DNA of 64,000 nt from a virus. Under the pieces are notes generated by a model. It did not search any database. It was not told the origin of the DNA and saw nothing but the letters and a program-made list of their open reading frames with translations. Both the position numbers and the translations under genes were made by a program. The DNA is taken from IMG/VR virus record IMGVR_UViG_3300046780_000733; one strand, 5' to 3'. Positions 34,708-43,683 of this stretch are shown in pieces; the stretch's first letter is position 1, and each line of letters starts with the position of its first letter.

Positions 34708-36281
34708 TATTTCACTCCATGCCAATTGTAATACAGGAAATTACAGTCATCCACGAGATGCCCGCGACCTCGGAGATCGACCATCGCCTTAACCACAAGA
34801 TCTGGATCAATGAACCTATGTGTGGTCAGCCAGTGCCCTACCCACCCGATCCGTCTCGGTGCCTCGACGAGCAAACCGATGATCTCATCCTCGACATCCT
34901 TCACCGACACCTGCTTGTCTCCTATGGTCTCGGAGACAGGGGGCGTAGAACCCACGTACTGCCAATGATCGTCGTAAGATTCGATCGATCCGCTGTGATG
35001 AAGCCAGCGGATCACCGAATTGTAAAGGTTTGGGGCAACCCCGGCTGCGTCGCACACCCACTTCCTGAGCCACCGCATGTCTCGCGGAGCCTCTTTGAGA
35101 AGACCCAGAATGTAGTCTTCGACTTCATTCACCGACATGGGCATCTCGCCCTCTTCGTCCTCGGTGAACTCATCGGGGTGCTCGGTGACTTCTGGTTTTC
35201 GGTCATCCCAGCATAACGAGAACGACTCTGGAATCTTGACCGAGACCGTGACAACACCATCGTGATGCACTGTCGGCACAGGCTTGTTAGCCTCGGCCTC
35301 TTTGTCGAGCCGACTGATCTCGTCGGCGAGCATGTCGCGTGCCTCTTCAATCCTCCCCCATCCAGGAACGCCGTCGTTCTCGTAGATGAGGTCAATGATG
35401 GAACGAAATGGCTCGGGTTCGTGATCCAGGACAAGTCCGATATCTGGGGGCAGACAGAGAGAATTCGGAACCTTGCGGCTCTTGATCTCTCGATCGAGAT
35501 ACCAGAGTCCCTTCCTGAGATTCTGAACCATGTTGTCCTTGCTGTCACGTCGCCAGATGTATTTTAGGCAGTTCCCGAGAGCGAACGACATGTGCTCGGC
35601 ATAGTCGATGCACTCCTTGCCGGACTCGTGGCTCACGTAGTGCTTCGGCCGATTCACCGGGTCGAAGTTTCCGTCGGAAACCTCGGGGGAGACGGCGGGC
35701 AACTCGACCACCTTCTTGGGCCTGATCTGCTTCTTGGCCTCGCAGACTTCGACGGCGTCACCGCGACTGATGTCGGAGACCGCCTCGTAGTATTCGTCGC
35801 CGGGCAGGTTCCCGAAACGCTCCTGAATCCAGTCGCCTGAGCGTGTGTTTAGATATCCGCGTTTTCCTGCGAAAATGTCTCCGCAGGCGACGAATCTCTC
35901 CACCCACTCCTCGGGCTCGTCTGGCTTGACTCGATAAAAAGATGGGGGATTCAGAAAGAGCGGACTCGGATCGCAGTCAACCCACTCCTCTGGGTCAATC
36001 ATAATCTGAATCGTCTTGCCGCCGTCATGAGCAGCCTTCAACTCCGCGTAGGGATCGAATCGGCGACCATCAGATGTCACCATGTCGCCAACCTCAAGAT
36101 CCTCGGCAGCGATGACCTGGGTAGACTCGGGCTTGACGCGGTATTTATCTGGAGTGGCATCAAATCTGTACTCGTTGCGGGCTTCCCAAGAAGAGTTTGC
36201 GCCGTACTTGTGCTCGACTGTCTTTCCTTCGGCAAACGCCTGGATCACAGGCAGCAATTGCTTCGCTTCATCACGGGTCAT
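34707..36281 (-). CDS. Multidomain protein with DUF3310 (T7 gp1.7-like) domain
   Basis: DPVNRPKHY...ECID...FALGNCLKYIWR...LRKGLWYLDREI. Confidence 0.8.
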   Translation of the reverse strand: MTRDEAKQLLPVIQAFAEGKTVEHKYGANSSWEARNEYRFDATPDKYRVKPESTQVIAAEDLEVGDMVTSDGRRFDPYAELKAAHDGGKTIQIMIDPEEWVDCDPSPLFLNPPSFYRVKPDEPEEWVERFVACGDIFAGKRGYLNTRSGDWIQERFGNLPGDEYYEAVSDISRGDAVEVCEAKKQIRPKKVVELPAVSPEVSDGNFDPVNRPKHYVSHESGKECIDYAEHMSFALGNCLKYIWRRDSKDNMVQNLRKGLWYLDREIKSRKVPNSLCLPPDIGLVLDHEPEPFRSIIDLIYENDGVPGWGRIEEARDMLADEISRLDKEAEANKPVPTVHHDGVVTVSVKIPESFSLCWDDRKPEVTEHPDEFTEDEEGEMPMSVNEVEDYILGLLKEAPRDMRWLRKWVCDAAGVAPNLYNSVIRWLHHSGSIESYDDHWQYVGSTPPVSETIGDKQVSVKDVEDEIIGLLVEAPRRIGWVGHWLTTHRFIDPDLVVKAMVDLRGRGHLVDDCNFLYYNWHGVK

Positions 36282-36723
36282 CGGGGTCCTCTTTGGGCGG
36301 TGGCTCGCCACGCAGTTCTTCGAGAGAGCCACCGCGCCGCTTCATGATGTTCTTGTAGATTTCCTTGGTAACATCCGACTGTTTTGATTCGGGCTGCACG
36401 GGTGCCACTGGCTCGGCTTTGGCCGGCGGTGACGCCGGTTCTGGCTCGCACTCGAACCACTGCCACGGGCCGACGAACATCCTCTTGATTCGCTCAACCT
36501 TGCGGTCAAGCACTTCGGGGTCGATCCCCTCCGTGTAGACCATGAACTTGTCCTGGTTCACGTGCCACGCGACCATCGACAGGCGCAGGCTGATATCGTT
36601 CACGGTGATGCCGTCGATGCACATGCCGGGGATCGGTGGGAACGGCATGGATATCTCCAGGAGTCCGTCCACCGCCCGATCCCGGCCTTCAATGTGAACG
36701 TGAATCACCGTAGCGTACGACAT
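36271..36723 (-). CDS. Hypothetical protein
   Basis: RBS GGAGG. Confidence 0.6.
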   Translation of the reverse strand: MSYATVIHVHIEGRDRAVDGLLEISMPFPPIPGMCIDGITVNDISLRLSMVAWHVNQDKFMVYTEGIDPEVLDRKVERIKRMFVGPWQWFECEPEPASPPAKAEPVAPVQPESKQSDVTKEIYKNIMKRRGGSLEELRGEPPPKEDPDDP

Positions 36724-36736
36724 CTCGCGCCTCCGC

Positions 36737-37237
36737 TCAGTTCGAGTCGTCGATTTCCCAGCCGTCGCTGAGAAGCCGGTCCCGGAACTCGCCGACCTTG
36801 AGGTCGGTGTAGCAGGACACCACCGGCAGGCAGAACGAGTAAGCGTTCTGCGTCACGTGCGAGACCACGACGGTGAGTTCGTCCTCGGTGCTCGGCTTGC
36901 CCTCTTCGTGCACACAGGGCAGTATCGCCAGACTCTGGTCGCAGTGCGGCTGCGCCAGCAGGGGCACCTTCTTTGTCGCCATCGAATCCGAAAACTCGAT
37001 CTCGACCGAAACCGGGTGCACGATTATCAACGGCCCCTGACCCCGAACGCATTCCGGGTAGTCACAGTCGCAGTCGTCGCACGAAGATTCGTCGTCGTCA
37101 AGGTCCTCGGCCTCGCATTCGTCATCGCTGGGCAGCAGGGAGTCGGCTAGGAGTCTCGCCGAACTCGACTGCACGGACAGAATGAGCAGCTCCAGGACGA
37201 TCATCGCGCACATCAGAACCACAATCAGCGTTTCCAT
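36737..37237 (-). CDS. Membrane-anchored acidic protein
   Basis: TM leader followed by a D/C-rich linker. Confidence 0.6.
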   Translation of the reverse strand: METLIVVLMCAMIVLELLILSVQSSSARLLADSLLPSDDECEAEDLDDDESSCDDCDCDYPECVRGQGPLIIVHPVSVEIEFSDSMATKKVPLLAQPHCDQSLAILPCVHEEGKPSTEDELTVVVSHVTQNAYSFCLPVVSCYTDLKVGEFRDRLLSDGWEIDDSN

Positions 37238-37240
37238 TGA

Positions 37241-37852
37241 TCAACTCTCCTTTGGGTTTCGAGACTTCTTTCTTCCAACCATTCGCGAGCCATCCTCGCG
37301 TGTCTTCCTCACATGATCCGGAAAGCACAGGATTTGCAGATTGCTCATTTCAAAATATGAGCCGCCTATACTTACCGGGAGGACATGATCAACATCGAAT
37401 GCATCACGGCCGACGCAATGGTTTTCAAGATGCCACCGATACGCATAAACAGCCTGCTTCTCCCAGAACTCCGACGTCCACGGCCTGCCATCTCCATCGA
37501 CGGCAACCTGTGGTTTCCACCGCTTCCACTCCGGCTCCTTGGCTCCCCGTTCGATCTTGTTTGCGTAGGCGAGCTGCTTCTCGCACCACCATGGCTCGAC
37601 CATCAGGATGTCGAGTCCGCACTTCTCACACCGTCCGTGACGACGCTTGAACAACTCTTGCCTGAGATATTTCCAGTCAGTGCTCAGTTTCCATTGTTCG
37701 ACACAGTTCGCCGAGCAGAACGTCCGACGGGGAGAATCCACTCGACCACGGCAGAAACGACATGATCGCTTGCCATTCTCCGGGTGAATGAACGGCTCGA
37801 CGGCATCGAGATGGAATCCCAATGGCTTGGGTGGGCGTCGCCGTGCCATCAA
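37241..37852 (-). CDS. HNH endonuclease
   Basis: CRFC...FCS..C, CEKC, DVDHVLPVSIGG...NLQILC..DH. Confidence 0.85.
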   Translation of the reverse strand: MMARRRPPKPLGFHLDAVEPFIHPENGKRSCRFCRGRVDSPRRTFCSANCVEQWKLSTDWKYLRQELFKRRHGRCEKCGLDILMVEPWWCEKQLAYANKIERGAKEPEWKRWKPQVAVDGDGRPWTSEFWEKQAVYAYRWHLENHCVGRDAFDVDHVLPVSIGGSYFEMSNLQILCFPDHVRKTREDGSRMVGRKKSRNPKES

Positions 37853-38163
37853 TTCCCGCTCCGGAAACTTCGCATCTTGATTCGTCTGGGCTCGAACTCA
37901 ACATGCCATTCGAGGTCGCCGTCGAAACTGACAAACACCCCATCCACTCCCTCCCATCGCAGTCGTCGCATCGAGCAAACCATTCGACGTTCACCGAGGG
38001 CCAGCACGAACCTATTGATCGACCCGAACACATCTCCGCCGCGGGGGCAGAGCACATCCGCCCTGAATCCGGAGTCGAGCAGGCAGGCTCTGACCACGAA
38101 GGTACTGGCCCCCATGGTGACCGAGATGGATTCAGTCGGACGCACGATCTCGTGGTACAGCAT
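37849..38163 (-). CDS. Hypothetical protein
   Basis: RBS CAGGAG. Confidence 0.5.
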   Translation of the reverse strand: MLYHEIVRPTESISVTMGASTFVVRACLLDSGFRADVLCPRGGDVFGSINRFVLALGERRMVCSMRRLRWEGVDGVFVSFDGDLEWHVEFEPRRIKMRSFRSGN

Positions 38164-39106
38164 CACTGGCTCCTGGCGACGGGGTTGATCCCGACACCAT
38201 TCGCTTCTTTTTGGCAATCAGCATATCCAGGGTGTCGCCGTTCTCTCCGCCGTCGAGCCCGGCGAACACGCGGAGCTTGCGAATGGCCCTCCAGCCGATC
38301 TTGCTGGCCTGATACCCGGCAAGATTCATCTCGGCTCCGATATGAATCCAGGATGGCTCGCGGCCACAGGGGACGCCCTCCGTGGCGACGAACCCGAATC
38401 TCCGGTAGAGGATGAACCGCTCCTGCTCGGAGAGGTTTTCCATGAGGCGCATCAGCCACTCGACTTCGTCTCGGTCGTCCACCTTGTGCTGATCGCCTTC
38501 GACGGTACAGGTGACCACGAAATTCCCCTCGTGTCTATCCCAGTCATCCTCGAACCCGCTAGGCGTCCTCTGGGCGCCAGGATAGAAGAGCGGCTGCCCC
38601 TCTTTCCCGAACGCATCGATGAGCATAGACGCTGTACTGAGCCCCTTGCCGGTGGCTTCCATGATCGCGGCCTCATTTCCTTTCTTGATCTCGATGCCGC
38701 GACACTTCGAGTGCAGCGAGTGCAGGTAATCTGGCTTCCTCACAGGTTCTCCGAATCGCATCGAACCCCTGTGGACGAAGTTCCTGATCCAATATGATGC
38801 GTACGTCGAAAACTTGACGCCGAACCTGTCCGGGTCGTATTTGTCCACCGCACGATAGAGGCCGCGAATGCCCTCCATGATCGCGTCGTCTCGGTCATAG
38901 GCCGCGCTGAATCTGGCCCCGCGGGAGGCGATCTGGATCACGAGACGAATATTGGCCTCGACGAGTTTCCTCTTGGCATCTTCGTCGCCGGATTTGATCC
39001 TGGCGACAAGCGCGATCTCCTCGTCCCTCGAAAGCAGCGGCTCACTGGTTATCAACCTGTGATCGCGCGTTCGATTCCTGCGTTTTGAATTGAGCTGCGA
39101 CTTCAA
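38132..39106 (-). CDS. RNA polymerase sigma-70 factor (RpoD/RpoS-like)
   Basis: LLSRDEEIAL, LVEANIRLV, EGIRGL.RAVDKYDP, KFSTYASYWIR, region 4. Confidence 0.9.
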   Translation of the reverse strand: MKSQLNSKRRNRTRDHRLITSEPLLSRDEEIALVARIKSGDEDAKRKLVEANIRLVIQIASRGARFSAAYDRDDAIMEGIRGLYRAVDKYDPDRFGVKFSTYASYWIRNFVHRGSMRFGEPVRKPDYLHSLHSKCRGIEIKKGNEAAIMEATGKGLSTASMLIDAFGKEGQPLFYPGAQRTPSGFEDDWDRHEGNFVVTCTVEGDQHKVDDRDEVEWLMRLMENLSEQERFILYRRFGFVATEGVPCGREPSWIHIGAEMNLAGYQASKIGWRAIRKLRVFAGLDGGENGDTLDMLIAKKKRMVSGSTPSPGASDAVPRDRASD

Positions 39107-39585
39107 ACTCCACCTCCGTGTAGCATGAGGCGGCCGAATTCTGCGAGGCAAACAGAATCTGCGATGTTGTGGTCGGGGACACGGCAACCAGGCTGGATCA
39201 GTTGTGCCGACGGGTACATTCGCCTGACGTAGTCGATGGCCGCATCCTTATCCTTCTTGGTCCCGGCGAGCACCAGTTTTTTCCACGCCTGCGGAGTCGG
39301 CATCGCGAGAGGAATGCGAAGCGTGCGGATCACACCTTCGATTCGACCCAGGGTGCGACCGAACTGGAAAGACGAACTCACGCCTTGTTTCGGCATACTA
39401 TGTACACATTCTACGACTGCCAGACTCACGTTCCCAGCCATCGTGATGAGCTTGCAGATCGCCTCGCAATCAACGCCTTTTCCCGAGAGCGGCATCTTGT
39501 GGACATCACAGATATTCACGCTACTACCAGGCCGAATAAAAGCGATCGCGCCGTCCTGCCCTGGATCAATACCCACTATCATCAT
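39103..39585 (-). CDS. RuvC-like Holliday junction resolvase
   Basis: IVGIDPG, VVECVHSMPKQG, PQAWKK, ADSVCLA. Confidence 0.85.
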   Translation of the reverse strand: MMIVGIDPGQDGAIAFIRPGSSVNICDVHKMPLSGKGVDCEAICKLITMAGNVSLAVVECVHSMPKQGVSSSFQFGRTLGRIEGVIRTLRIPLAMPTPQAWKKLVLAGTKKDKDAAIDYVRRMYPSAQLIQPGCRVPDHNIADSVCLAEFGRLMLHGGGV

Positions 39586-40192
39586 TGATTCCTTTGTCTT
39601 TGAGCCACATCTTGAGTTTCCTGAGCCCGCGGGTTCTGATCTTGATCAACCGCTCGTAGGTGACGCCAAGCCTGCGGGCCAACGCGGTCGGAGTGCATGG
39701 GTTGCCGTCGAGACCAAACAGTCCCTCGATGACCGCTTTCTCGATCTGAGTGAGCATCTCGACAGACTCTCTGGTCAACGCCACCGACTCTTCGTGCTCG
39801 GCGTGTTCAACCACAGGGTCACCCCCTAGGTTCGCCATCTTGTCGAGTACCGACGGCGACACGCACTTCATGTCCCTGAACCGCAACGCGTGGGCGCGGC
39901 GAGTCGATTTTGGCGGGGCCTCGGTCTTGTACAGGGCGTCAGAGGGAATCCTCGCTGGCCCCATGGATTCGGTAAGCACGTCGAGCATCCTGCCCTTCAC
40001 TGACTTGTACAGGTAGGTGCTTTCCTTGCTGAGATCCTTCTTGTACTTGCGCATCGACAGGATCACCTGCATCCTGCCCTCTTGTTCGAGGTCGGACCGA
40101 TCCGCGATGCCTCGTCGGAACGACCTACAGAGATTGCCCGCGACTATGACGACCAACTTCTCGGCCTCTTCGTGCATCACTGGAGACACCAT
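39566..40192 (-). CDS. Second sigma-70-family factor (divergent)
   Basis: DLEQEG, STYLY..VKGRMLD, region 4 LARRLGVTYERLIKIR.RGLRKLK. Confidence 0.8.
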   Translation of the reverse strand: MVSPVMHEEAEKLVVIVAGNLCRSFRRGIADRSDLEQEGRMQVILSMRKYKKDLSKESTYLYKSVKGRMLDVLTESMGPARIPSDALYKTEAPPKSTRRAHALRFRDMKCVSPSVLDKMANLGGDPVVEHAEHEESVALTRESVEMLTQIEKAVIEGLFGLDGNPCTPTALARRLGVTYERLIKIRTRGLRKLKMWLKDKGINDDSGY

Positions 40193-40767
40193 GGGTACTC
40201 CTTCCCGGCCAGGAGAGCAATCGCGGTCCCGAGCCATGTCCGCATTGCCTCTTCCTGACTCCACTGCACGATCTTGATCCCGAATGGCTCGTAATCCGAC
40301 GACCAGTGCGGATTCGGACACAGGTAGACGTCACGCCTTTCCGTGGCCAGCATCCGACAGTCCACGGACTTGTAATCATCGGACAGAGCAGGGATGCCAA
40401 ACCTCTCGAAGATCATCCGACGATTGCGTTCTTGGATCTCGACGAGCGCCTTGTACGCGGGGTGCCTCTTGCTCGGCCTGGGAATGTCGCCGGGCGGGTA
40501 CGCTTCCTCGGCATCATGGAACAACATCGCCAACTGGTCTCTCTGGCCAGACATCTGTCTCGCACAGAGAACCGAGTGCTGCGCGACCGAGTAGGGCCAG
40601 ATGGTTCTACCGAAGAACCTGTTCTGCATCGACAGGCCGCGTGCGAGATCCGACAGCGTGATCTCCTCTGGCCTCAGATCAAGGGGGTGAACCTTCCCTC
40701 CCTCAAAGGTGGCGATCCAATCGCGGTCGCCATCATAGGTACTCCAGCCTTCGTCCTCTTCACTCAT
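40177..40767 (-). CDS. HD-domain phosphohydrolase (YfbR/5'-deoxynucleotidase-like)
   Basis: RF, YSVAQHSV, LFHDAEEAY..GDIP, D..MLATE. Confidence 0.88.
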   Translation of the reverse strand: MSEEDEGWSTYDGDRDWIATFEGGKVHPLDLRPEEITLSDLARGLSMQNRFFGRTIWPYSVAQHSVLCARQMSGQRDQLAMLFHDAEEAYPPGDIPRPSKRHPAYKALVEIQERNRRMIFERFGIPALSDDYKSVDCRMLATERRDVYLCPNPHWSSDYEPFGIKIVQWSQEEAMRTWLGTAIALLAGKEYPWCLQ

Positions 40768-41699
40768 GGGTGCTCCTCACAAAGATTTGTGACTTGGACA
40801 TCATTCCTGAGTTTTCTAAGAACCCACGCCGCCTTCATTTTGGCTCGCGTTTCGGGAGAGTGCTTCTTGCCTTTCCGGCCTGACGGTCTCCCTTTGCGCG
40901 CCAACGAATTGTTGCGTCTGTGCTCCGGAGACTGCGGATTCCCCTTGTTCCATGGAACCATCCCCATGCGTGCAGCCGATATCTTGGCTCGCGTTTCAGC
41001 AGAGAGATGTTTCCCCTTGCGTTCCTCTTGGATCTTGGCGAGCGCCTCCAGAGAGCGTTTGCTTTTCTTTCGTGCCACCGACATGTTGGCGCGTGCTTCT
41101 TGAGAGAGTTTCCTCCCTTTGCGCGACCTAGACATTTCGTCGCGGGTCTCTTGGGTGTGCTTCATTCCCTTAGTTGGCGTTTTCCCCTTTCTTGCTGCCG
41201 ACAATTTTTCGCGGTGTTCTGGAGACAGTTTCCTGCCCCTGAGCGATGCCGACATTTTGGCGATCGCCTCTTGAGAAAACTTTCTTCCTTTGTGCGCAGC
41301 CGATATCTTGGCGATTGTCTCAGGTGTATGCGTTTTGCCCTTGTGTGATTCCGACATCTTGAGTTTTGTTTCCGCCGAGGGTTTTATTCCTCGTGTCGCC
41401 CCAGTCGCTGTGCACATGTTGTACAGAGATCCGGGGGCATCTGACTCGTAATAATTCATCCAATGGTGTTCGCGGCATGTCAGTTGCCCGATATCCTCGA
41501 CACGTTCAAGAATCTGGAACTCAAAGGCGTCTGGACCATGCTTGTTCCACGCGCGCTGGAGATACCTGTTTCGGTGTTTATTTCCTTTAAGATGGCGCAG
41601 GTGCTCGGATCGCCTGCACTCCAAATTATTGGTTTGCCCGACGTACCTCTTGCCACTGCAAACGCAGAGCCAACAGTAAATCCCAGATTTAATGCTCAT
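40764..41699 (-). CDS. GIY-YIG homing endonuclease with NUMOD3 repeats
   Basis: SGIY...RYVGQT; many repeats like H(T/S).ET.AK(I/M)S...KG. Confidence 0.93.
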   Translation of the reverse strand: MSIKSGIYCWLCVCSGKRYVGQTNNLECRRSEHLRHLKGNKHRNRYLQRAWNKHGPDAFEFQILERVEDIGQLTCREHHWMNYYESDAPGSLYNMCTATGATRGIKPSAETKLKMSESHKGKTHTPETIAKISAAHKGRKFSQEAIAKMSASLRGRKLSPEHREKLSAARKGKTPTKGMKHTQETRDEMSRSRKGRKLSQEARANMSVARKKSKRSLEALAKIQEERKGKHLSAETRAKISAARMGMVPWNKGNPQSPEHRRNNSLARKGRPSGRKGKKHSPETRAKMKAAWVLRKLRNDVQVTNLCEEHP

Positions 41700-42211
41700 G
41701 CATTTACCTCGTACTCAATCTTGCTTCGCGAGAGAGATCGTATTCTCAGCGGCGACACGCCTTCCGTCCTGAAGTGCCATGTCGGTATCCGCTTCTTCAT
41801 GGCGCGCTTCGCACAGTCCCATGTGCCTTTAGACTTCAGCAAGTCGCGGTGAATCGCGATGCAGACATCGGCGCCGGCATCAACCATGGCTTGATTGCGG
41901 CAAGGGCCGGCATTTGCGTTATACGGTTTTCCGTAGCGCCCGGTCCTTATGACAGCCAGAGGATGATCCAAGTCGTTCCAATGCGCCTCGAACCGCTCAA
42001 ACGCGAGTTCGCAGAACTTGGCGGCACGATTGACAGCCGCATCCACTCCGGTGCAGTCCCCGTGGATGACGATGATCCTGCACTGGTATGACGCGGTCAT
42101 CCCACCCAGTATGCTTACTGCCAAATCGAACGCATTCCACGTCCGTGACCCCGTGAACAAGACACGCATCACCCTGCCATCCGCCACGGACAGCGTCGTC
42201 CCCTCTGACAT
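41696..42211 (-). CDS. SLOG family protein (DUF2493/YspA-like)
   Basis: VLFTGSR, IHGDCTGVD, AGPCRNQAMVD, SKGT. Confidence 0.85.
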   Translation of the reverse strand: MSEGTTLSVADGRVMRVLFTGSRTWNAFDLAVSILGGMTASYQCRIIVIHGDCTGVDAAVNRAAKFCELAFERFEAHWNDLDHPLAVIRTGRYGKPYNANAGPCRNQAMVDAGADVCIAIHRDLLKSKGTWDCAKRAMKKRIPTWHFRTEGVSPLRIRSLSRSKIEYEVNA

Positions 42212-42238
42212 CCTCGTCTCCTCCCACATCACTGTGGT

Positions 42239-42421
42239 TCACGCGCCAGCGTGGCGTGCCTTGGCTTCAGCGACCTCTCTTCGATCCACGGCGATCGATG
42301 GCGGGGCCTCGATGCCCAACGCCACCACGTTCGTGCCTGGACAGATAACCTTCACGACCACACGGCCGGCAGGCGTTTCGATCCAGATCTCCTCTTCGAT
42401 CCTTCGCTTTAAAACCAGCAT
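42239..42421 (-). CDS. csrA: Carbon storage regulator CsrA homolog
   Basis: MLVLKRR..E.I.I...LGIEAP..I.VDRREV. Confidence 0.9.
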   Translation of the reverse strand: MLVLKRRIEEEIWIETPAGRVVVKVICPGTNVVALGIEAPPSIAVDRREVAEAKARHAGA

Positions 42422-42464
42422 TCCTTGACTCCTTCGTCCTCGTGTTCTTCCTCGAACGATTCAG

Positions 42465-42493
42465 ACTTTAATCCAGACTCAGAATTCAAGCAA
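42465..42493 (-). promoter_or_regulatory. csrA promoter TTGCTT-N17-TAAAGT
   Basis: Read from sequence; spacer resembles the 13003 promoter. Confidence 0.6.
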
Positions 42494-42528
42494 TAGCAAT
42501 CTCAAAAGATTTTTTGGATGGCCGAAAT

Positions 42529-42593
42529 CGCTCATCGGGGACCCTGGAGAATTCGTTCTCCAGGGTGTACTACAAGCTGTAGTAGCATGAGCG
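42529..42593. other. Perfect three-way-junction element
   Basis: CGCTCAT/ATGAGCG enclosing ACCCTGGAGAA-TTCG-TTCTCCAGGGT and TACTACA-AGC-TGTAGTA. Confidence 0.7.
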
Positions 42594-42617
42594 CGCACGC
42601 AGGGCATTACGGGTCAC

Positions 42618-43274
42618 CTATACTGCTGTGGCGGGAGATTCTGTGGGTCGCCCTCTCCGACCTCTGAGGTCGATCGGTGGCCCAGACGTCCTCCCTTTGG
42701 GGAGAGACGGAACGCTTGGGCGAGGTGGCCGCGACTTCGCGAGCATACGCCTCTCTTCTCTTGTGCTTCTCATATAAGCCTCGTACGCCTCGCGGTCTTC
42801 CCGTTTCTTTTTCTTCGCCTCTTGCTGATGTGCTGTCAGTAATTCGTGCCTTTTCTTCCTCTCCGCTCGTCTAGCAGCGGCCTGCTGGTGTGCAATCCTG
42901 GCCTCCGCTTTGTTTCTCTCCTTCAGTCCGTTCTTCATGTTGAACAGGGTGCGACGAAGTTTGGTCGTCGATTCGCAAGGATCGAGTTTTCTTCCTGTAT
43001 GATCGCAGAACTCGATAAAGCCATGACACACTCCACAGATAGGATAGAGGGAACCTCGCTTCCTTCCACGAAGCGATGCCTCATCGTAATCTCCGTGGTG
43101 AACCTGTGTCGCTTCTCCACCGCACAGCGAACACTTCTTGTTCCTGCGAAGCACGTAATCTCTGATCATCGCCCACTCGTCTCCGCGCAGGTAAGCGTCG
43201 TAGGACGAGTATCCCATCGCCTTGAGAGTTGCGTTCCTCTTGGCGTACATCTGGATCATCTTGACATCGACCAC
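42618..43274 (-). CDS. HNH-type endonuclease with long basic C-terminal helix
   Basis: YL..EW..IR..VL, CSLC, QVHH..Y, L..ICGVCH; R/K-rich tail. Confidence 0.8.
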   Translation of the reverse strand: MVDVKMIQMYAKRNATLKAMGYSSYDAYLRGDEWAMIRDYVLRRNKKCSLCGGEATQVHHGDYDEASLRGRKRGSLYPICGVCHGFIEFCDHTGRKLDPCESTTKLRRTLFNMKNGLKERNKAEARIAHQQAAARRAERKKRHELLTAHQQEAKKKKREDREAYEAYMRSTREERRMLAKSRPPRPSVPSLPKGRTSGPPIDLRGRRGRPTESPATAV

Positions 43275-43348
43275 CCTCGTTCTCCTTTAAAGACTCATGG
43301 CTCGGCGCGCAACGGGGGCTTCCCTCTGTGATCTTAGTACGTTCTTGT

Positions 43349-43678
43349 GTCTTCTGGGTCTTGCTATTCGCTGGCTGTTTCAGACACGGACTTCGTCTTC
43401 GCTCCGAGTTTTTTTCACCTAGTGGTATCACTTTGGTGGACCAGGACGTAGCCCCTGTGCCGAGATCAACTACCCGGCCCGTTGCCTGGAAAACTCCCCA
43501 CAGGGAGAAACTGGTTTCGACTCAGTCGTTCGCCTCTGCTGCACGATCGTGTCACTGGGGGAGGTTTTAACCCCGTGCCAATGAGGGAGTGGCGCTCACG
43601 CGCTTAGCCCCTGTCACCCCGGGTTTTTGCGGCTGAGCCCAGGGGAAAACCGCCGGCCGAAACCGGAACCCAAAAGAC
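43349..43678 (-). ncRNA. ~330-nt structured RNA upstream of HNH gene
   Basis: 12-bp closing helix GUCUUUUGGGUU/GACCCAGAAGAC, UUCG and GUGA tetraloops, possible pseudoknot, several more hairpins; no credible ORF. Confidence 0.65.
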
Positions 43679-43683
43679 TGGCC

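Noticed and set aside
33453-40767. Z-base (2-aminoadenine) genome
   Set aside because: HD and diphosphohydrolase genes are present but no PurZ is in the window; insufficient evidence
40800-41390. Tandem repeats inside the GIY-YIG gene
   Set aside because: Ordinary coding NUMOD3 repeats
42520-42593. Hammerhead ribozyme
   Set aside because: No CUGANGA...GAAA core in the correct order on either strand
43349-43678. Identification as RNase P RNA, HEARO or a group I/II intron
   Set aside because: Lacks the RNase P GAGGAAAGUCC motif and group II domain V, interrupts no gene, and the neighbouring protein is not IscB; kept as an unassigned RNA
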